64,000 nucleotides of DNA. Source: Candidatus Algichlamydia australiensis. Lineage in GTDB: Bacteria; Chlamydiota; Chlamydiia; Chlamydiales; JAJFMI01. The notes beneath the pieces are model-generated. The model was not told where the DNA came from. It saw only the letters and a program-made list of their open reading frames with translations, and ran no database searches. Both the position numbers and the translations under genes were made by a program. Shown here in pieces: positions 10,076 to 20,664 of this stretch (position 1 is the first letter of the stretch; each line of letters begins with the position of its first letter). The stretch lies in assembly GCA_033977065.1 (NCBI GenBank), contig JAXCHI010000004.1, positions 433,236-497,235 on the forward strand, written 5' to 3'.

Positions 10076-10546
10076 ATGGATATTTATCTAATGCGGCACG
10101 GTGCACAAATGGCTAAAGAGCTCGATCCCAGTGAACCTCTATCCGAGCAAGGCAAAAAACAGATTGCTTTTACGGCAAGCGTATTAAAAAAAGAGGGAAT
10201 TCTCCTTGATGGCCTTGCTGCAAGCCCCAAAATGCGTGCTAAACAGAGTGCTGAAATTCTTGCGAACACAGTCGACTACTCAATCGATCAAATTATTGAA
10301 GATGCAAGACTTAAACCATTAACGCCAGTAGAAGAAGCTCTTGAATTGCTTGCAACCCTTGGCAATCGCATCCTTATTGTCGGACACCTACCTTTATTGC
10401 AAAACATCGCCTCATTTCTTTTGACGACAGGAGCAATGATCAATTTAAACTTTCAATGTGGCAGTTGCGCAAAAATTTCGATTGATCACATCAATAACCG
10501 CAATGGCAGCTTAATCTATCTCTTCTCAAGTGATGTTTTCAACTAA
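10076..10546 (+). CDS. sixA: Phosphohistidine phosphatase SixA
   Basis: YLMRHG, LSEQG, SPKMRAKQSA, LIVGHLP. Confidence 0.85.
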   Translation: MDIYLMRHGAQMAKELDPSEPLSEQGKKQIAFTASVLKKEGILLDGLAASPKMRAKQSAEILANTVDYSIDQIIEDARLKPLTPVEEALELLATLGNRILIVGHLPLLQNIASFLLTTGAMINLNFQCGSCAKISIDHINNRNGSLIYLFSSDVFN

Positions 10547-10924
10547 TTGAAAAACATTCTTATCATCATCAAGAAATGTTGCCATTTTGACCTGTCCGGG
10601 CACTTCCATTGTCTCTCCAACGAAGTTCACACCCTTCTTTTCTAGATTATTGCGCACTTCATCAAGATTATTTACAGAAAGAGAGATGATCGCATTTTGT
10701 CCTGGTTTTGTAGGAGCGCCTGACGGATCTTGATCGTTAAGACCTTCTTGTTTTGGGTTGGCGACTCCAATGCGAGAGCCACCCTCAATACCCTCAAGCT
10801 CCATCCATCCCCATTCTGGTTGTTCATCGACAACCTTCATACCAAGCAACTCAACAAAGAGTTTTTTGGTCTTCTGCATATTAGATACATTGATCCATGC
10901 AAGCTCAGATTTTTTTACTACCAT
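10526..10924 (-). CDS. VOC/glyoxalase family protein
   Basis: F..LLG, V.NLD, F.D.D.N pattern; 132 aa. Confidence 0.85.
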   Translation of the reverse strand: MVVKKSELAWINVSNMQKTKKLFVELLGMKVVDEQPEWGWMELEGIEGGSRIGVANPKQEGLNDQDPSGAPTKPGQNAIISLSVNNLDEVRNNLEKKGVNFVGETMEVPGQVKMATFLDDDKNVFQLVENIT

Positions 10925-12119
10925 TTTTTACCCTTAATGGAACGATTTCTAAAAGATTTCGATCAAAGCGAATACCAAGCCGATTTCGGGCTAAATTTCC
11001 TTTAGCCTGACAAGTATTATTTGGATCTGCATGTCTTATAAAAGAGTTGTAATCATCTTCAGGGATGGTCATTCCATTGAAGTGTTTTTCAAATGAAATC
11101 CTTACGCTCTCAAATGTTAATTCGCAATCTTCTTGCTGAAATGCAATAATGGCTGCTTCATGGTCCAGATCCTTGCTAACGGGGTAGTGAAAAGTCACTA
11201 AGAATTCGGCTAAATCTTCTAAATTTTTAAAGGGTAGTACGCAAGCCTCTTTTCTATTTAATGAATTTAGTGCTCCGTGGGAGTCAAAGAGGTAATAGCA
11301 GCCACTCTTTCGAACAATAGCGAATGAGCTGCAATGAAAGGTTGCCATCACTCCTAAATTGTCTACGTTCAGCCAGTGGGTCAAAAAATTTGTACACTCT
11401 TGAATTGGAGTATCATCCAGACTAGCATTAGTTGGCGCAATGTCATATCTAGTCTTAGCTCCTGGAATTTCTTCCAGTGAAGTACTAGTATTGTAATAAT
11501 TTGTTACATCTTCTGCAAAGTAGATGGGGTCTGAAATATTTGCTGCTCTCTTATCTTCAGAAGCTTTTTTTAGCAGATCGTCAATCCACTCTTTGGTAAT
11601 AGTTGGCTGGCCTGTTAGCATCTTTTCAATAAACCGATAGGCGCAAAATCTGCAAGGATTTTTGGTGATTTCTTGAATAGTGGGGTGGAATTGGTTCATC
11701 GAGCCTAAAACTATGTCTGACTGCCGATCTATGTAACGCTGCACTCTCGCCAGAACTTTTTCCAACTTAGTCGTTAAATCTGATCTTTGCAGTTCTTTTG
11801 TTCGAGCTAGTACAGACTGAATGTGTTCTAAATTATTCTCACCACTAGCAAAAATCTCATCCACTTCAGCACGAAGCGCATCTCCAGTTAAAATACACCT
11901 TGGGGGTTGCGGGATTCGGCTGCGAGCAAGCATAAGAAGCATAAGAGATACGGCTACTGTCGTACTGGCTACAACAATCTCATTTTTTGTAAAGTTATGA
12001 GTAGGAACGTCTCGTAAAAGTTTTGAAGCAACCTCTTGTACTTCGGTTAAAGTGGGAGATAAAAGAGAAAGTTCAGGCGCTCGCCACGCATTTGCTACAA
12101 CTCCAATTGCCTCAGCCAT
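10905..12119 (-). CDS. Putative viral-tegument-like (peptidase C76/VTD) deubiquitinase with N-terminal TM segment
   Basis: GSMNQ..NPC and YYLFDSHG motifs; paralog at 18632. Confidence 0.65.
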   Translation of the reverse strand: MAEAIGVVANAWRAPELSLLSPTLTEVQEVASKLLRDVPTHNFTKNEIVVASTTVAVSLMLLMLARSRIPQPPRCILTGDALRAEVDEIFASGENNLEHIQSVLARTKELQRSDLTTKLEKVLARVQRYIDRQSDIVLGSMNQFHPTIQEITKNPCRFCAYRFIEKMLTGQPTITKEWIDDLLKKASEDKRAANISDPIYFAEDVTNYYNTSTSLEEIPGAKTRYDIAPTNASLDDTPIQECTNFLTHWLNVDNLGVMATFHCSSFAIVRKSGCYYLFDSHGALNSLNRKEACVLPFKNLEDLAEFLVTFHYPVSKDLDHEAAIIAFQQEDCELTFESVRISFEKHFNGMTIPEDDYNSFIRHADPNNTCQAKGNLARNRLGIRFDRNLLEIVPLRVKNGSKKI

Positions 12120-12295
12120 ACATCCCTCCCGTTTACTTCTGCATCTATAATAACATAATTACTTGAATTATCCAAGGGGTCAAATAATTTGTTTATGTTT
12201 GGCTCGGGGTAATTAAAGGCGATACTGTGGTTAGCAAAGAGCGCAATACACACCCTCTCTGTAATTAAGTTGGATATCTTTGATATAGAGAATTT

Positions 12296-12377
<82 letters not shown>

Positions 12378-12484
12378 AGGAGATGAATTACATCCAAATA
12401 TATACGGCTTAGGACTTTTCCACAAGTAGTAAGCAAATATTTGAATTTGATGTTTTAAGGATTTTATGGTAGAATCTCTCCCTT

Positions 12485-13570
12485 ATGAGCGCAATGCTAT
12501 CGAGGTGGAAGCGATATGGCTTCCCTCTAGAGATCTATTACACGCACCCCGATTTTGCAAAATTTCTTCTTGCAACTCCCCTTGGTTCACAAATACGTGT
12601 GACAGGTGACCCTATTTGCGTTGAAAGGGGAGTACCGAAAATTTTAGTCGAGGGAGAGTGGCATTCATTTGAAGAAATTTCTCAGCGTTTTTGCGTACGA
12701 AGCTGTAAGCGTTACCGTCAAAAGTTCATCTACGATAGAGAGACAAATAGTGTCTTTACTTACCTTGGTGGAGGAAAAGGACTTGTCGAGCATCACCCTT
12801 ACAAATCACACCTTGCCCTGAAAACAGTCTCAGAAGAGGAGTATGTTAAGGCTCGTAGTTTAGCCAAAAAATTTAATGGCTGTGATGAAGAGGCTATTTT
12901 GCAAATTGTTTCTACAAATGCTCCTGGTAAACATCGCTACTTCAGCGCAAGGCACATCTATCTGCGTTTTATTGATGCCGGGCGAAATCTCTATTCCATG
13001 GGTTTTGGTTACGATGATCCAATTCGTATTCCCCTAAAATCGGGACGAGGTCTTTTGCGCTCTCCTGATTTTTGGGAGTACAAGAGAGCTAAAGCACGTA
13101 CAGTCACAAATATTCCTCTTTCTAAAAGTGGAGTTCGCCGTTTAATCCATTTTGCAGAGCAGTGTCAAAAAAGCGAATCCTACGCCTTCCATATCTTGCA
13201 TCACAACTGCGCCGCTTTTGTGAGTGCGGCAGTCAAATTTGCGACGGGACTCAATATCCCGACCAGAGTTCGCTTGAGAGATTTTTTAAGTAAGTTAGTG
13301 CCAAGATGGGTGCGCATTCCAGGGAAAATCTTTTTAGGTTTTTTTGGTGCAATTTGCACCTCTTTTATCGCTTTTGGAAGTCTGCTTTTAGGCGAGGGAT
13401 CGGGTCGCGGTGGAAGAAAATTTGGCTCTTTGAAGAAAAGAGAACTTTTTGCTTCTCCTGTATTTAACCTTGACTATTGGTTTGATTTTTCAACACTTAG
13501 CTGGCATGATCCTCTTGTTGCAACACAGTGGCAACTTAAACAGCCTTCAACGCAAGTGTTAGCGCAATAA
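12485..13570 (+). CDS. Hypothetical protein
   Basis: 361-aa ORF directly upstream of trmB; H and NC residues (RHIYLR, HHNCA) could form a papain-like dyad, unconfirmed. Confidence 0.6.
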   Translation: MSAMLSRWKRYGFPLEIYYTHPDFAKFLLATPLGSQIRVTGDPICVERGVPKILVEGEWHSFEEISQRFCVRSCKRYRQKFIYDRETNSVFTYLGGGKGLVEHHPYKSHLALKTVSEEEYVKARSLAKKFNGCDEEAILQIVSTNAPGKHRYFSARHIYLRFIDAGRNLYSMGFGYDDPIRIPLKSGRGLLRSPDFWEYKRAKARTVTNIPLSKSGVRRLIHFAEQCQKSESYAFHILHHNCAAFVSAAVKFATGLNIPTRVRLRDFLSKLVPRWVRIPGKIFLGFFGAICTSFIAFGSLLLGEGSGRGGRKFGSLKKRELFASPVFNLDYWFDFSTLSWHDPLVATQWQLKQPSTQVLAQ

Positions 13571-13572
13571 CT

Positions 13573-14247
13573 ATGAAACCAAACGAATTTCTTTATCCAT
13601 TTAATTGGGAAGAGCGTCGCCCTCACCTTGATGGCAAATTGCTCTTTGTTCCAGAGTATTATGATCAACATGAATCTTTTGGGCCTCTTGATTTAAACAC
13701 TATTTTTGGAAATAAAAATCCTGTTTATATTGAGTATTGCAGCGGCAATGGTCAGTGGATTATTGGGCGTGCCTTAGAAAATCCAAACGTAAACTGGATC
13801 GCTGTTGAGAAGCAGTTTGGCCGAGCTAAACAGATTTTTAAAAAAGCAAAATCTAACAATTTGCAAAATCTATTTATCGTTACAGGAGAAGCGCTTACCT
13901 TTACACGTTACTACCTCCGCGATAACATAGCTGAAAAAAGTTTTGTAAACTTTCCCGATCCATGGCCAAAAGATCGTCACGCCAAGCATCGTCTTATCAC
14001 TCCCTCTTTTGCAAAAGAGTTAACGCGAATTTTGAATCCTAAAGGAATTTCGCTCTTTGTAACAGATCACCCCCTCTATGCGGAGCAGATGGTTGCCGTA
14101 ATGCAGGGAGAAGAAAAGTTTAGCGCATGCCATCCCGCTCCCTATTTTGTGATCGATCGCAAAGGTTATGGCGCCTCATTTTTTAAAGACCTCTGGAACG
14201 ATCTAGGGCGTACAATTCACTATATTGAGTACTCTAATGGATGTTGA
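13573..14247 (+). CDS. trmB: tRNA (guanine-N7)-methyltransferase
   Basis: EYCSGNG, NFPDPWPKDRHAKHRL. Confidence 0.95.
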   Translation: MKPNEFLYPFNWEERRPHLDGKLLFVPEYYDQHESFGPLDLNTIFGNKNPVYIEYCSGNGQWIIGRALENPNVNWIAVEKQFGRAKQIFKKAKSNNLQNLFIVTGEALTFTRYYLRDNIAEKSFVNFPDPWPKDRHAKHRLITPSFAKELTRILNPKGISLFVTDHPLYAEQMVAVMQGEEKFSACHPAPYFVIDRKGYGASFFKDLWNDLGRTIHYIEYSNGC

Positions 14248-15100
14248 AACATTTCGTTATACGCTAGAAGATCAGCTTTTTGTTCCCAAAATTGCAGAGA
14301 GTCTGGACGCTTTTGATCCCGCTCTTGGCTACAATGGTGCGATTGTAGAGCTTAAAGCCGATCTCAGCTCTGACTTAAATTGGGAGCTGCCCGAATTTGA
14401 TGGATACATTCTTTGGAAATTGCATTTTCAAATTTCTGAGCTTAATTTACAAGACTCCCTTGCCATCAATTCATACAAGAGAGCTTTAGAGCATTTTTGT
14501 GAAACTGTGTTGCCAAAATTTGAAAAAAGTATTGGGGTTATTCTCTACTCCGGATCAGCTCGTGTGTGGGAAAAAATTGTTTTTACCGAAGATCTAAAAG
14601 AGGAGATAGGCGATGAGCCAATTGAGCTCTTTTCATTAACGCTTTTTTCAGAATTTTTGCACACACTGGGAGCTCTATTACCGGAAGGGATTCCTCCATT
14701 TGCCCTTTTTGATTGTAAGGGAGTAGAGCATCCTCTTGCACTATTCAATAAAGAGCGTTTTCCCCATGTTGAGCTAGGGTTAAAAGATGTAGCATTTCCT
14801 ATTTTTGGGTTGCGTTGGCAAAGCGGAGAAGCGATTGGGGGATATATTGGGGCGGGTGAAATTCCAGAAACTGCTCCTTCTGATACTAAAATTGGGGTTG
14901 TTGTTCCTGAAGGCCCTTGTAACTTTCTTGAAATTGAAGAAAAAATTCTAAAGATTCAAGAAAAATATCGATTGATTTTTGAGTCAACAATTACAACAAG
15001 TTGGGATGAGCTTGCAGAGCTTAAATGCTTCAACTTATCTGAGATGGGAAAAAGAATGGTAGAAGGGTTTGTCGCTGCTGGAGGAAGAACTTCGGGGTAG
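14225..15100 (+). CDS. Hypothetical protein
   Basis: 291-aa ORF overlapping the trmB end; GF.AAGG C-terminus; stop overlaps the tRNA-Pro 3' end. Confidence 0.7.
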   Translation: MSTLMDVETFRYTLEDQLFVPKIAESLDAFDPALGYNGAIVELKADLSSDLNWELPEFDGYILWKLHFQISELNLQDSLAINSYKRALEHFCETVLPKFEKSIGVILYSGSARVWEKIVFTEDLKEEIGDEPIELFSLTLFSEFLHTLGALLPEGIPPFALFDCKGVEHPLALFNKERFPHVELGLKDVAFPIFGLRWQSGEAIGGYIGAGEIPETAPSDTKIGVVVPEGPCNFLEIEEKILKIQEKYRLIFESTITTSWDELAELKCFNLSEMGKRMVEGFVAAGGRTSG

Positions 15101-15166
15101 AGGGATTTGAACCCCCGACCTTCTGGTCCCAAACCAGACGCGCTAGCCAAGCTGCGCTATACCCCG
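15092..15166 (-). tRNA. tRNA-Pro(TGG)
   Basis: CGGGGTA acceptor stem, TCTGG-TTTGGGA-CCAGA anticodon arm, GGTTCAAATCC. Confidence 0.97.
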
Positions 15167-15238
15167 AGTAAGATAGAGTATATCTTTACAACTCATTTTC
15201 TTTCAATTATAAAGAGGGAAAATTTTAGAGAAATATCT

Positions 15239-16813
15239 ATGCGTGAACTTAGCTCCTTTGAAACTATCAAAAAACTTTCTGAAAACCCCTTTGATTTAAC
15301 AGAAAAAGGCGCATTAAACTCTAAGCGATTTGAGGAATTTCAAGCATCAAGTGCGGGTTTGAAGTTACTCTACCCAACAGAGCGTGTTGACCGAAAAACT
15401 ATGGAGGCACTTTTTGCTTTAGCGGAGGAGACCAAAGCTGTTGATCAATTAGAGCAGATGCAAAAGGGAGCTATTCTCAATAAAATTGAGGGGTATGAGA
15501 GCGAGGAGCGCATGGTTCTTCACACCGCAATGCGCGATCTTTTTGGCAATTCACCCAAAATGGAAGAGGCAACAAAGGGAGCCTACGCTGAACTTGAAAA
15601 GTTAAAAGCCTTTTTGAGCGAAGTAGATAGCGGAGAAAATTTTACAGACATTGTGCAAGTAGGAATTGGAGGATCAGATCTCGGCCCGCGCGCAATTTAT
15701 ATGGCGTTAGAGAGTTTTAAGCGCCCAAATCGTCGCGTCCACTTTGTCTCAAATGTTGATCCTGATGACGCAGTTGCAGTACTTAAAAAATTAAACTTAG
15801 CAAAAACTCTTGTCGTTGTGGTCTCAAAGTCAGGGACAACACTTGAGACGCGCACCAATGAAAATTTCTTTCGCAATCGCTACATGGATATGGGACTTGA
15901 TCCCAAAGAACATATTGTAGCGGTAACAGGAAAGGGGAGTCCGATGGATGATCCTGAGCGTTATAAAGAGAGTTTTTACATGTGGGACTACATTGGAGGG
16001 CGCTATTCAGTCACTTCGATGGTAGGAGCTGTAACGATCGCTTTTGCAATTGGAATGGAGAAGTTTTTAGAATTTCTGCGTGGAGCTTCAGCAATGGATC
16101 AAACAGCACTTGAACGTGATCCTAAAAAAAATCTCCCTCTTATTGCTGCCCTTTTAGGGATTTGGAATCGTAATTTTTTAGACTATCCCACACTTGCTAT
16201 TATTCCCTATTCACAAGCAATGATTCGCTTTACAGCTCACCTTCAGCAGTTAGATATGGAGTCCAACGGCAAACGCGTTGATCGTCAAGGAAAGCCTGTT
16301 GATGTCAATTCAGGGCCTGTTATCTGGGGCGAGCCAGGAACCAATGGTCAGCACTCTTTCTATCAGCTCATCCACCAGGGCACAACAATTGTTCCTGTTG
16401 GGTTTATCGGATTTCGAGACTCACAGTATGAAGCGGATCTTGAGGTTGAAGGAACACTTAGCCAAGACAAACTTCTTTCAAATCTCTTTGCGCAATCTCT
16501 TGGGCTTGCTACAGGGCAACATAGCGATAATCCAAACAAAACTTTTCCAGGAAACCGCCCCAATCATATTCTTATGGCCAAGCAGTGCGACCCCTACACT
16601 CTTGGCGCAATTCTTGCCTACTTTGAACACAAAGTCGCTTTCCAAGGATTTATTTGGAATATTAACTCATTTGATCAAGAGGGCGTGCAACTCGGAAAAG
16701 TGCTAGCAAATCAGTTCATTGAGCTCTTTGCAAAGCGTCGGAAAAAAGAGACCATCGATTCTAAAGAGTTTCCATTAGGTCAGGCTTACTTGCGCGAGCT
16801 CGATACACTTTGA
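15239..16813 (+). CDS. pgi: Glucose-6-phosphate isomerase
   Basis: GIGGSDLGP, SKSGTT, GGRYS, QQLDMESNGK, FDQEGVQLGK; start reset to ATG 15239. Confidence 0.97.
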   Translation: MRELSSFETIKKLSENPFDLTEKGALNSKRFEEFQASSAGLKLLYPTERVDRKTMEALFALAEETKAVDQLEQMQKGAILNKIEGYESEERMVLHTAMRDLFGNSPKMEEATKGAYAELEKLKAFLSEVDSGENFTDIVQVGIGGSDLGPRAIYMALESFKRPNRRVHFVSNVDPDDAVAVLKKLNLAKTLVVVVSKSGTTLETRTNENFFRNRYMDMGLDPKEHIVAVTGKGSPMDDPERYKESFYMWDYIGGRYSVTSMVGAVTIAFAIGMEKFLEFLRGASAMDQTALERDPKKNLPLIAALLGIWNRNFLDYPTLAIIPYSQAMIRFTAHLQQLDMESNGKRVDRQGKPVDVNSGPVIWGEPGTNGQHSFYQLIHQGTTIVPVGFIGFRDSQYEADLEVEGTLSQDKLLSNLFAQSLGLATGQHSDNPNKTFPGNRPNHILMAKQCDPYTLGAILAYFEHKVAFQGFIWNINSFDQEGVQLGKVLANQFIELFAKRRKKETIDSKEFPLGQAYLRELDTL

Positions 16814-17791
16814 ATCTATAGCTATTTTTTCAGGGACTGTGAGAAAAACCTGGTTTAAAGTCTGAATTTCTTCTAGTAGCGCTTCTTTTCGTATTTGATC
16901 TAAATGCACACCAAAATCATCGATCCCAAAAATTGCTCCACTTTTGACCTCAGCTAGCTTTAAAGCAGCGACAATAGAGCGTTTCTGTCCCTCACTTGCA
17001 AATCCTTTTGCCTCTTTTTTTGAGAGCTGAATCGAGAAATCATCGCGATGAGGGCCATAAAGCGTTGTTTTGGCCTCCAACTCTTTTTTACGGCTCTTAG
17101 CATATCCCTCTTTAGCAATTGCAGGGTGGTAGCGCAAACTCAGCTCTTCTGAATCGGGCGCAAGGCGTCTAAGGAATCCTTCTGCCTGAGTCTCGATCGC
17201 CTGAAGAGCTTTTTCTCGCTCACCTGTAAGAAATCCTGCAGCAACAGCCATCGGTCCCTCAAAAGCCTCTACACCACGAGTTTGTCCCATTTTTAGTAAG
17301 GCATTCCTCTGTTTTAGAGCACGCGAGTAGCGAGCGAGGTGATAGAGATAGAGAGGCTGTTGCTGAGCGAGGTAGAGATTTAAAAAACGTCTACGGTAAC
17401 TCGGGCTGCCTGTAATTAATTCACTATCACCAGGAGTTAAAACTGTAGAAGGCAAAAGCCCTAAAAGAGAGGAAAAATTGTGGTAAGTAGTCGCATTGTG
17501 GATAACCTTGCGCTTGCTGCCATCATAGCTAACTTGCAGAGAGCTTGTAACACCATTTTCTAAGAATTCTGCCTCTAAGAAAAAAGAGCTCTCTCCATGC
17601 CGTATCAACTCATGAAGGTGGGGTGTACGAAATGAGCGGCCTGTACTTAAAAAGTGAATTGCTTCTAGCAAGCTTGTTTTGCCAATTGCATTGGGGCCGA
17701 TAATTAAGTTGATTTTCGAATCAAAGGCCGCTTCAAAGGAAGAAAAGTTTCTGAAATTATGAAGTCTTATTCTTTTGATCATCGCACTCAT
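16775..17791 (-). CDS. recF: DNA replication/repair protein RecF
   Basis: NFRN, GPNAIGKT, GRSFR, GPHRDD, SEGQKR. Confidence 0.95.
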   Translation of the reverse strand: MSAMIKRIRLHNFRNFSSFEAAFDSKINLIIGPNAIGKTSLLEAIHFLSTGRSFRTPHLHELIRHGESSFFLEAEFLENGVTSSLQVSYDGSKRKVIHNATTYHNFSSLLGLLPSTVLTPGDSELITGSPSYRRRFLNLYLAQQQPLYLYHLARYSRALKQRNALLKMGQTRGVEAFEGPMAVAAGFLTGEREKALQAIETQAEGFLRRLAPDSEELSLRYHPAIAKEGYAKSRKKELEAKTTLYGPHRDDFSIQLSKKEAKGFASEGQKRSIVAALKLAEVKSGAIFGIDDFGVHLDQIRKEALLEEIQTLNQVFLTVPEKIAIDSKCIELAQVSLT

Positions 17792-17811
17792 GATGATACA
17801 ACAGCCTCTAA

Positions 17812-17879
17812 TTTAACATAAAAGCTCTCGCGATTGGGCTATCGCAAGAGCTCTGACATAAAAATAATGCTAAATTTTT
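17812..17879. repeat. Degenerate family-A mini remnant
   Basis: AAAGCTCTCGCGATTGGGCTATCGCAAG and AAAAATAATGCTAAA match A-short segments; supplies the stop of the ORF ending 17870. Confidence 0.75.
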
Positions 17880-18310
17880 AAATAAGCTTCCTCAGCAGCG
17901 ATGCGAAGGGCTGTGAGTTTACTTAATGAAATCTCGCTTGGGTTTGCCGCTTCTTCATTAAGCAAGTAGGCCGCAACTTTTGCTTTTCCTTGTGATACTG
18001 CTATTTTGTAAGAAGTTTGAACAGCTTCACCTCTTTTGGAGGTGGGTACTTCGCTAAATTCCTTTTTTAAGGTACTTAGGTCACCACTTCTTATAGCTTT
18101 TCTCAAAACCCTATCGATATTTTTTTGAGTGTGGGAAGAGGATGCTTTTTTTGCTATTCGGCGAACCGGAGGATGTATGTTTTTTGGCTGCAATGCCGAT
18201 TTTTTCATCTCTTCCACACGAGGAGTGGTGGGCTGATAGCTATTCTGTTGTATTTCTCCAAAAGCTTCTCTAAGTTCTGGATTCCCTATAAAGTTAGTTA
18301 TGTGTATCAA
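17870..18310 (-). CDS. Hypothetical protein (possible degenerate ankyrin-like helices)
   Basis: 146-aa ORF; L.KAI..GD and A...G...V..YLL patterns. Confidence 0.5.
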   Translation of the reverse strand: MIHITNFIGNPELREAFGEIQQNSYQPTTPRVEEMKKSALQPKNIHPPVRRIAKKASSSHTQKNIDRVLRKAIRSGDLSTLKKEFSEVPTSKRGEAVQTSYKIAVSQGKAKVAAYLLNEEAANPSEISLSKLTALRIAAEEAYLKI

Positions 18311-18631
18311 AATTTCACCTTTTTATATTAATTCGAATTAATATTATAACATATAAATAAATAAAAAGAAATATTTGCTTTAATAAAAATAAGAAAAAAT
18401 TTAAAAATAAAAAGATAAGGATTCGCTTAGTATTTAATAATCAGGTGTTTACGCTCTTCTTTTTCTGGAGAGATCTTTTTTGCGAATCGTTAGGTTGAAA
18501 TTTCAGAAATGTTTAACAAACTCTCCTTTGCAAAGATTTTTTTAAAAAAATCATTAAACATAAAAATAATTTTATATTTTGGTGTTTTTTTCATAATTTT
18601 GTAAAATACTTGCATAATTTACGAGGTCGGT

Positions 18632-19928
18632 ATGCCAGGCAGAATTGGAGAGTTTGTAAGCGGGTTCAATCCTGTAGGCTCTAGCTCCACATTTGTATCA
18701 AGTGATAAAATACGAATGGTATCAGAAAATATTTTTAACTATCTTAACATGGAGACAAGAAGCGTTACAAAAAGAGAATTAGTTTTCCTTGGAGTTATTT
18801 GTGCGCTATCTATCTCTATAATTGTTCTGGTAAACAAAAAGCTCGGTACGCATCCAACTAATCCAGAGAAGAGAGAAGATCCTCCTAAGATAAGCTCATC
18901 ACCTAAGAAAAATAAGAAGAAGCCAACGGACCCCAAGATGAAGGAAAATCTTCCTGTAAAAGCTGATGCACCCTCTAAAGCGAAAGAGCTCTCTCCTCAA
19001 GCTTCCATAAAAATTTTGAGCGAAGAAGAAATAAAACAGAGCCTCTTAGCTGATCAAGCTAGCTCGACTGCCAAGCTACAACACCGATTAGAGCGAGAAA
19101 ATTTCTTGGAAAGCTGGTCTAAAAACATCACATTTGCCCCCATTAATCAAGGCGCAGAAGCAATTTATTCAATTTGTGGAAACCCTTGCATGGCTTGTTC
19201 GATAACATTTTTGGAAAAAATCCCTTATATAAGTGAAAAAGATCTAACACCAGATTGGCTTGTGACTATCCTAAATATTGGGGCAATCCGAAAGGCTGAA
19301 TCTGGACATGGGGCTAACCTTATTTTTTTCGAGGATATTCCAAACACATCTTTACAAAGAGAAGTTGAAGACTCTAAGTATCTTCCTTTTGAAAAAGATC
19401 TTGCTTATGACAATATTTGTATTTACTTTCTTCCGAAAATTGCCTACCAAAATAAGTTGATGGGTTGGTTATCTGATGATAATACTCTTGCATTGCTCAC
19501 GCATTGTGGAAAAACTTTCGCCGTTGCAAGGGTAAATTGGAATGAAAAAACTAAGTGGCTTGTTTTTGATTCACACGGGATGACTCAGAAGAAAGTTAAA
19601 AATAATGGAGCGTTTGTTGCAAAATTTGATAAAGTAGGCGATCTTGCACTATTTCTTTCGGGGTTTCATTATCCTAAAAAAGATTCTGATTATGAAGATC
19701 AAATTCGTCAATTTTCCCAGGAAAAAACCGAGCAAGATTACCAGTCAATTAAAGAGAGTTTCAAAAAATACTTCCCTCATATTGCATTAACAGAAGAGCA
19801 TTACAGAGCGTTTTTTTCTGATTTAGTAGAGTATCCCGAGAGGCAAAAAAGACGCGCTTGCAAGAGATCGCTTAGGAGCACTGGGTCCTGCAAACTCGCT
19901 AGAAATCATTCCAGTAAAGTTTAAATAG
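18632..19928 (+). CDS. Second putative VTD/C76 deubiquitinase with a frameshift near the C-terminus
   Basis: APINQG..GNPC, WLVFDSHG, TM segment; +1 frame after the A6 run at 19845-19850 matches the paralog tail and stops at 19928. Confidence 0.65.
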
Positions 19929-19973
19929 ATATTCTTGCTCTCTATGTATTTCTTACTAGAGAGGGGAGGGCTA

Positions 19974-20091
19974 AATAGCGTCGTCAAAAGCATACAACCA
20001 TCTTATTTTTCATGTTTGGGCTTCATTTGAGCACAAAAATAAGCTGCAAACATGAAAAATAATCTGATTATAGCCTTTTGACGACACTATC
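19974..20091 (+). mobile_element. Family-B hairpin element, internally rearranged and shortened
   Basis: ATAGCGTCGTCAAAAG...CTTTTGACGACACTATC, TA on both sides. Confidence 0.9.
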
Positions 20092-20259
20092 TAGTACTCT
20101 GTAACAGAAAATTTTAGCATTATTTTTACGTCAAAGCCTCGGGATTGAACTATCGAAAATCACCTCGTATTTGATTAATACTAGGTGACTTGCGATAGCC
20201 CAATCGCGAGAGCTTTCACGTTAAAAAGAATAGCAAAAATTTTTGTTACAGAGTACTAG
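20091..20259 (+). mobile_element. Family A-short hairpin element (169 bp including both CTAG)
   Basis: Same terminal IR as A-long; imperfect palindrome centred on GTATT-TGATT-AATAC. Confidence 0.95.
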
Positions 20260-20664
20260 TACTCTGTAACAGAAAATTTTAGCATTATTTTTACGTCAAA
20301 GCCTTCGCATAAAAATGGATCCCAAACGTAAAAACAGGGTGATCAAAAGGATTTAACGACACTGTTTAGAACATGCAAAGTTTTCTGCAAAACAAAAAAA
20401 ACAGCCGCGCAAGCGACGTGAAAGGGGCCCTACCCAAAACGAAGTGGAGGGTGGGGAATGAACGCGCGATGCGCTCGATGGCTTCAGATTGGCTTTGAAA
20501 AATTGCGGTGCAGGAGGAAGAAGTAGTGCTTTGCACGGTTTTCCGACGAAACGCAATTTGGCATGCCAAGATGAAGCTCAAAGGGCAGCGGGGATTTGCC
20601 CGACTGTCTCTATTGGCTGTTTTTTTTAAATTAAACACTAAGATTTTCTGTTACGAAGTACTAG
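20256..20664 (+). mobile_element. Family A-long element (variant)
   Basis: 409 bp; matches 8387-8795 except a divergent 45-nt window and a few substitutions. Confidence 0.95.

Noticed and set aside
15107..15238. N-terminal extension of pgi and small ORFs at 14956 and 12231
   Set aside because: They overlap tRNA genes; ATG 15239 gives a normal-length Pgi.
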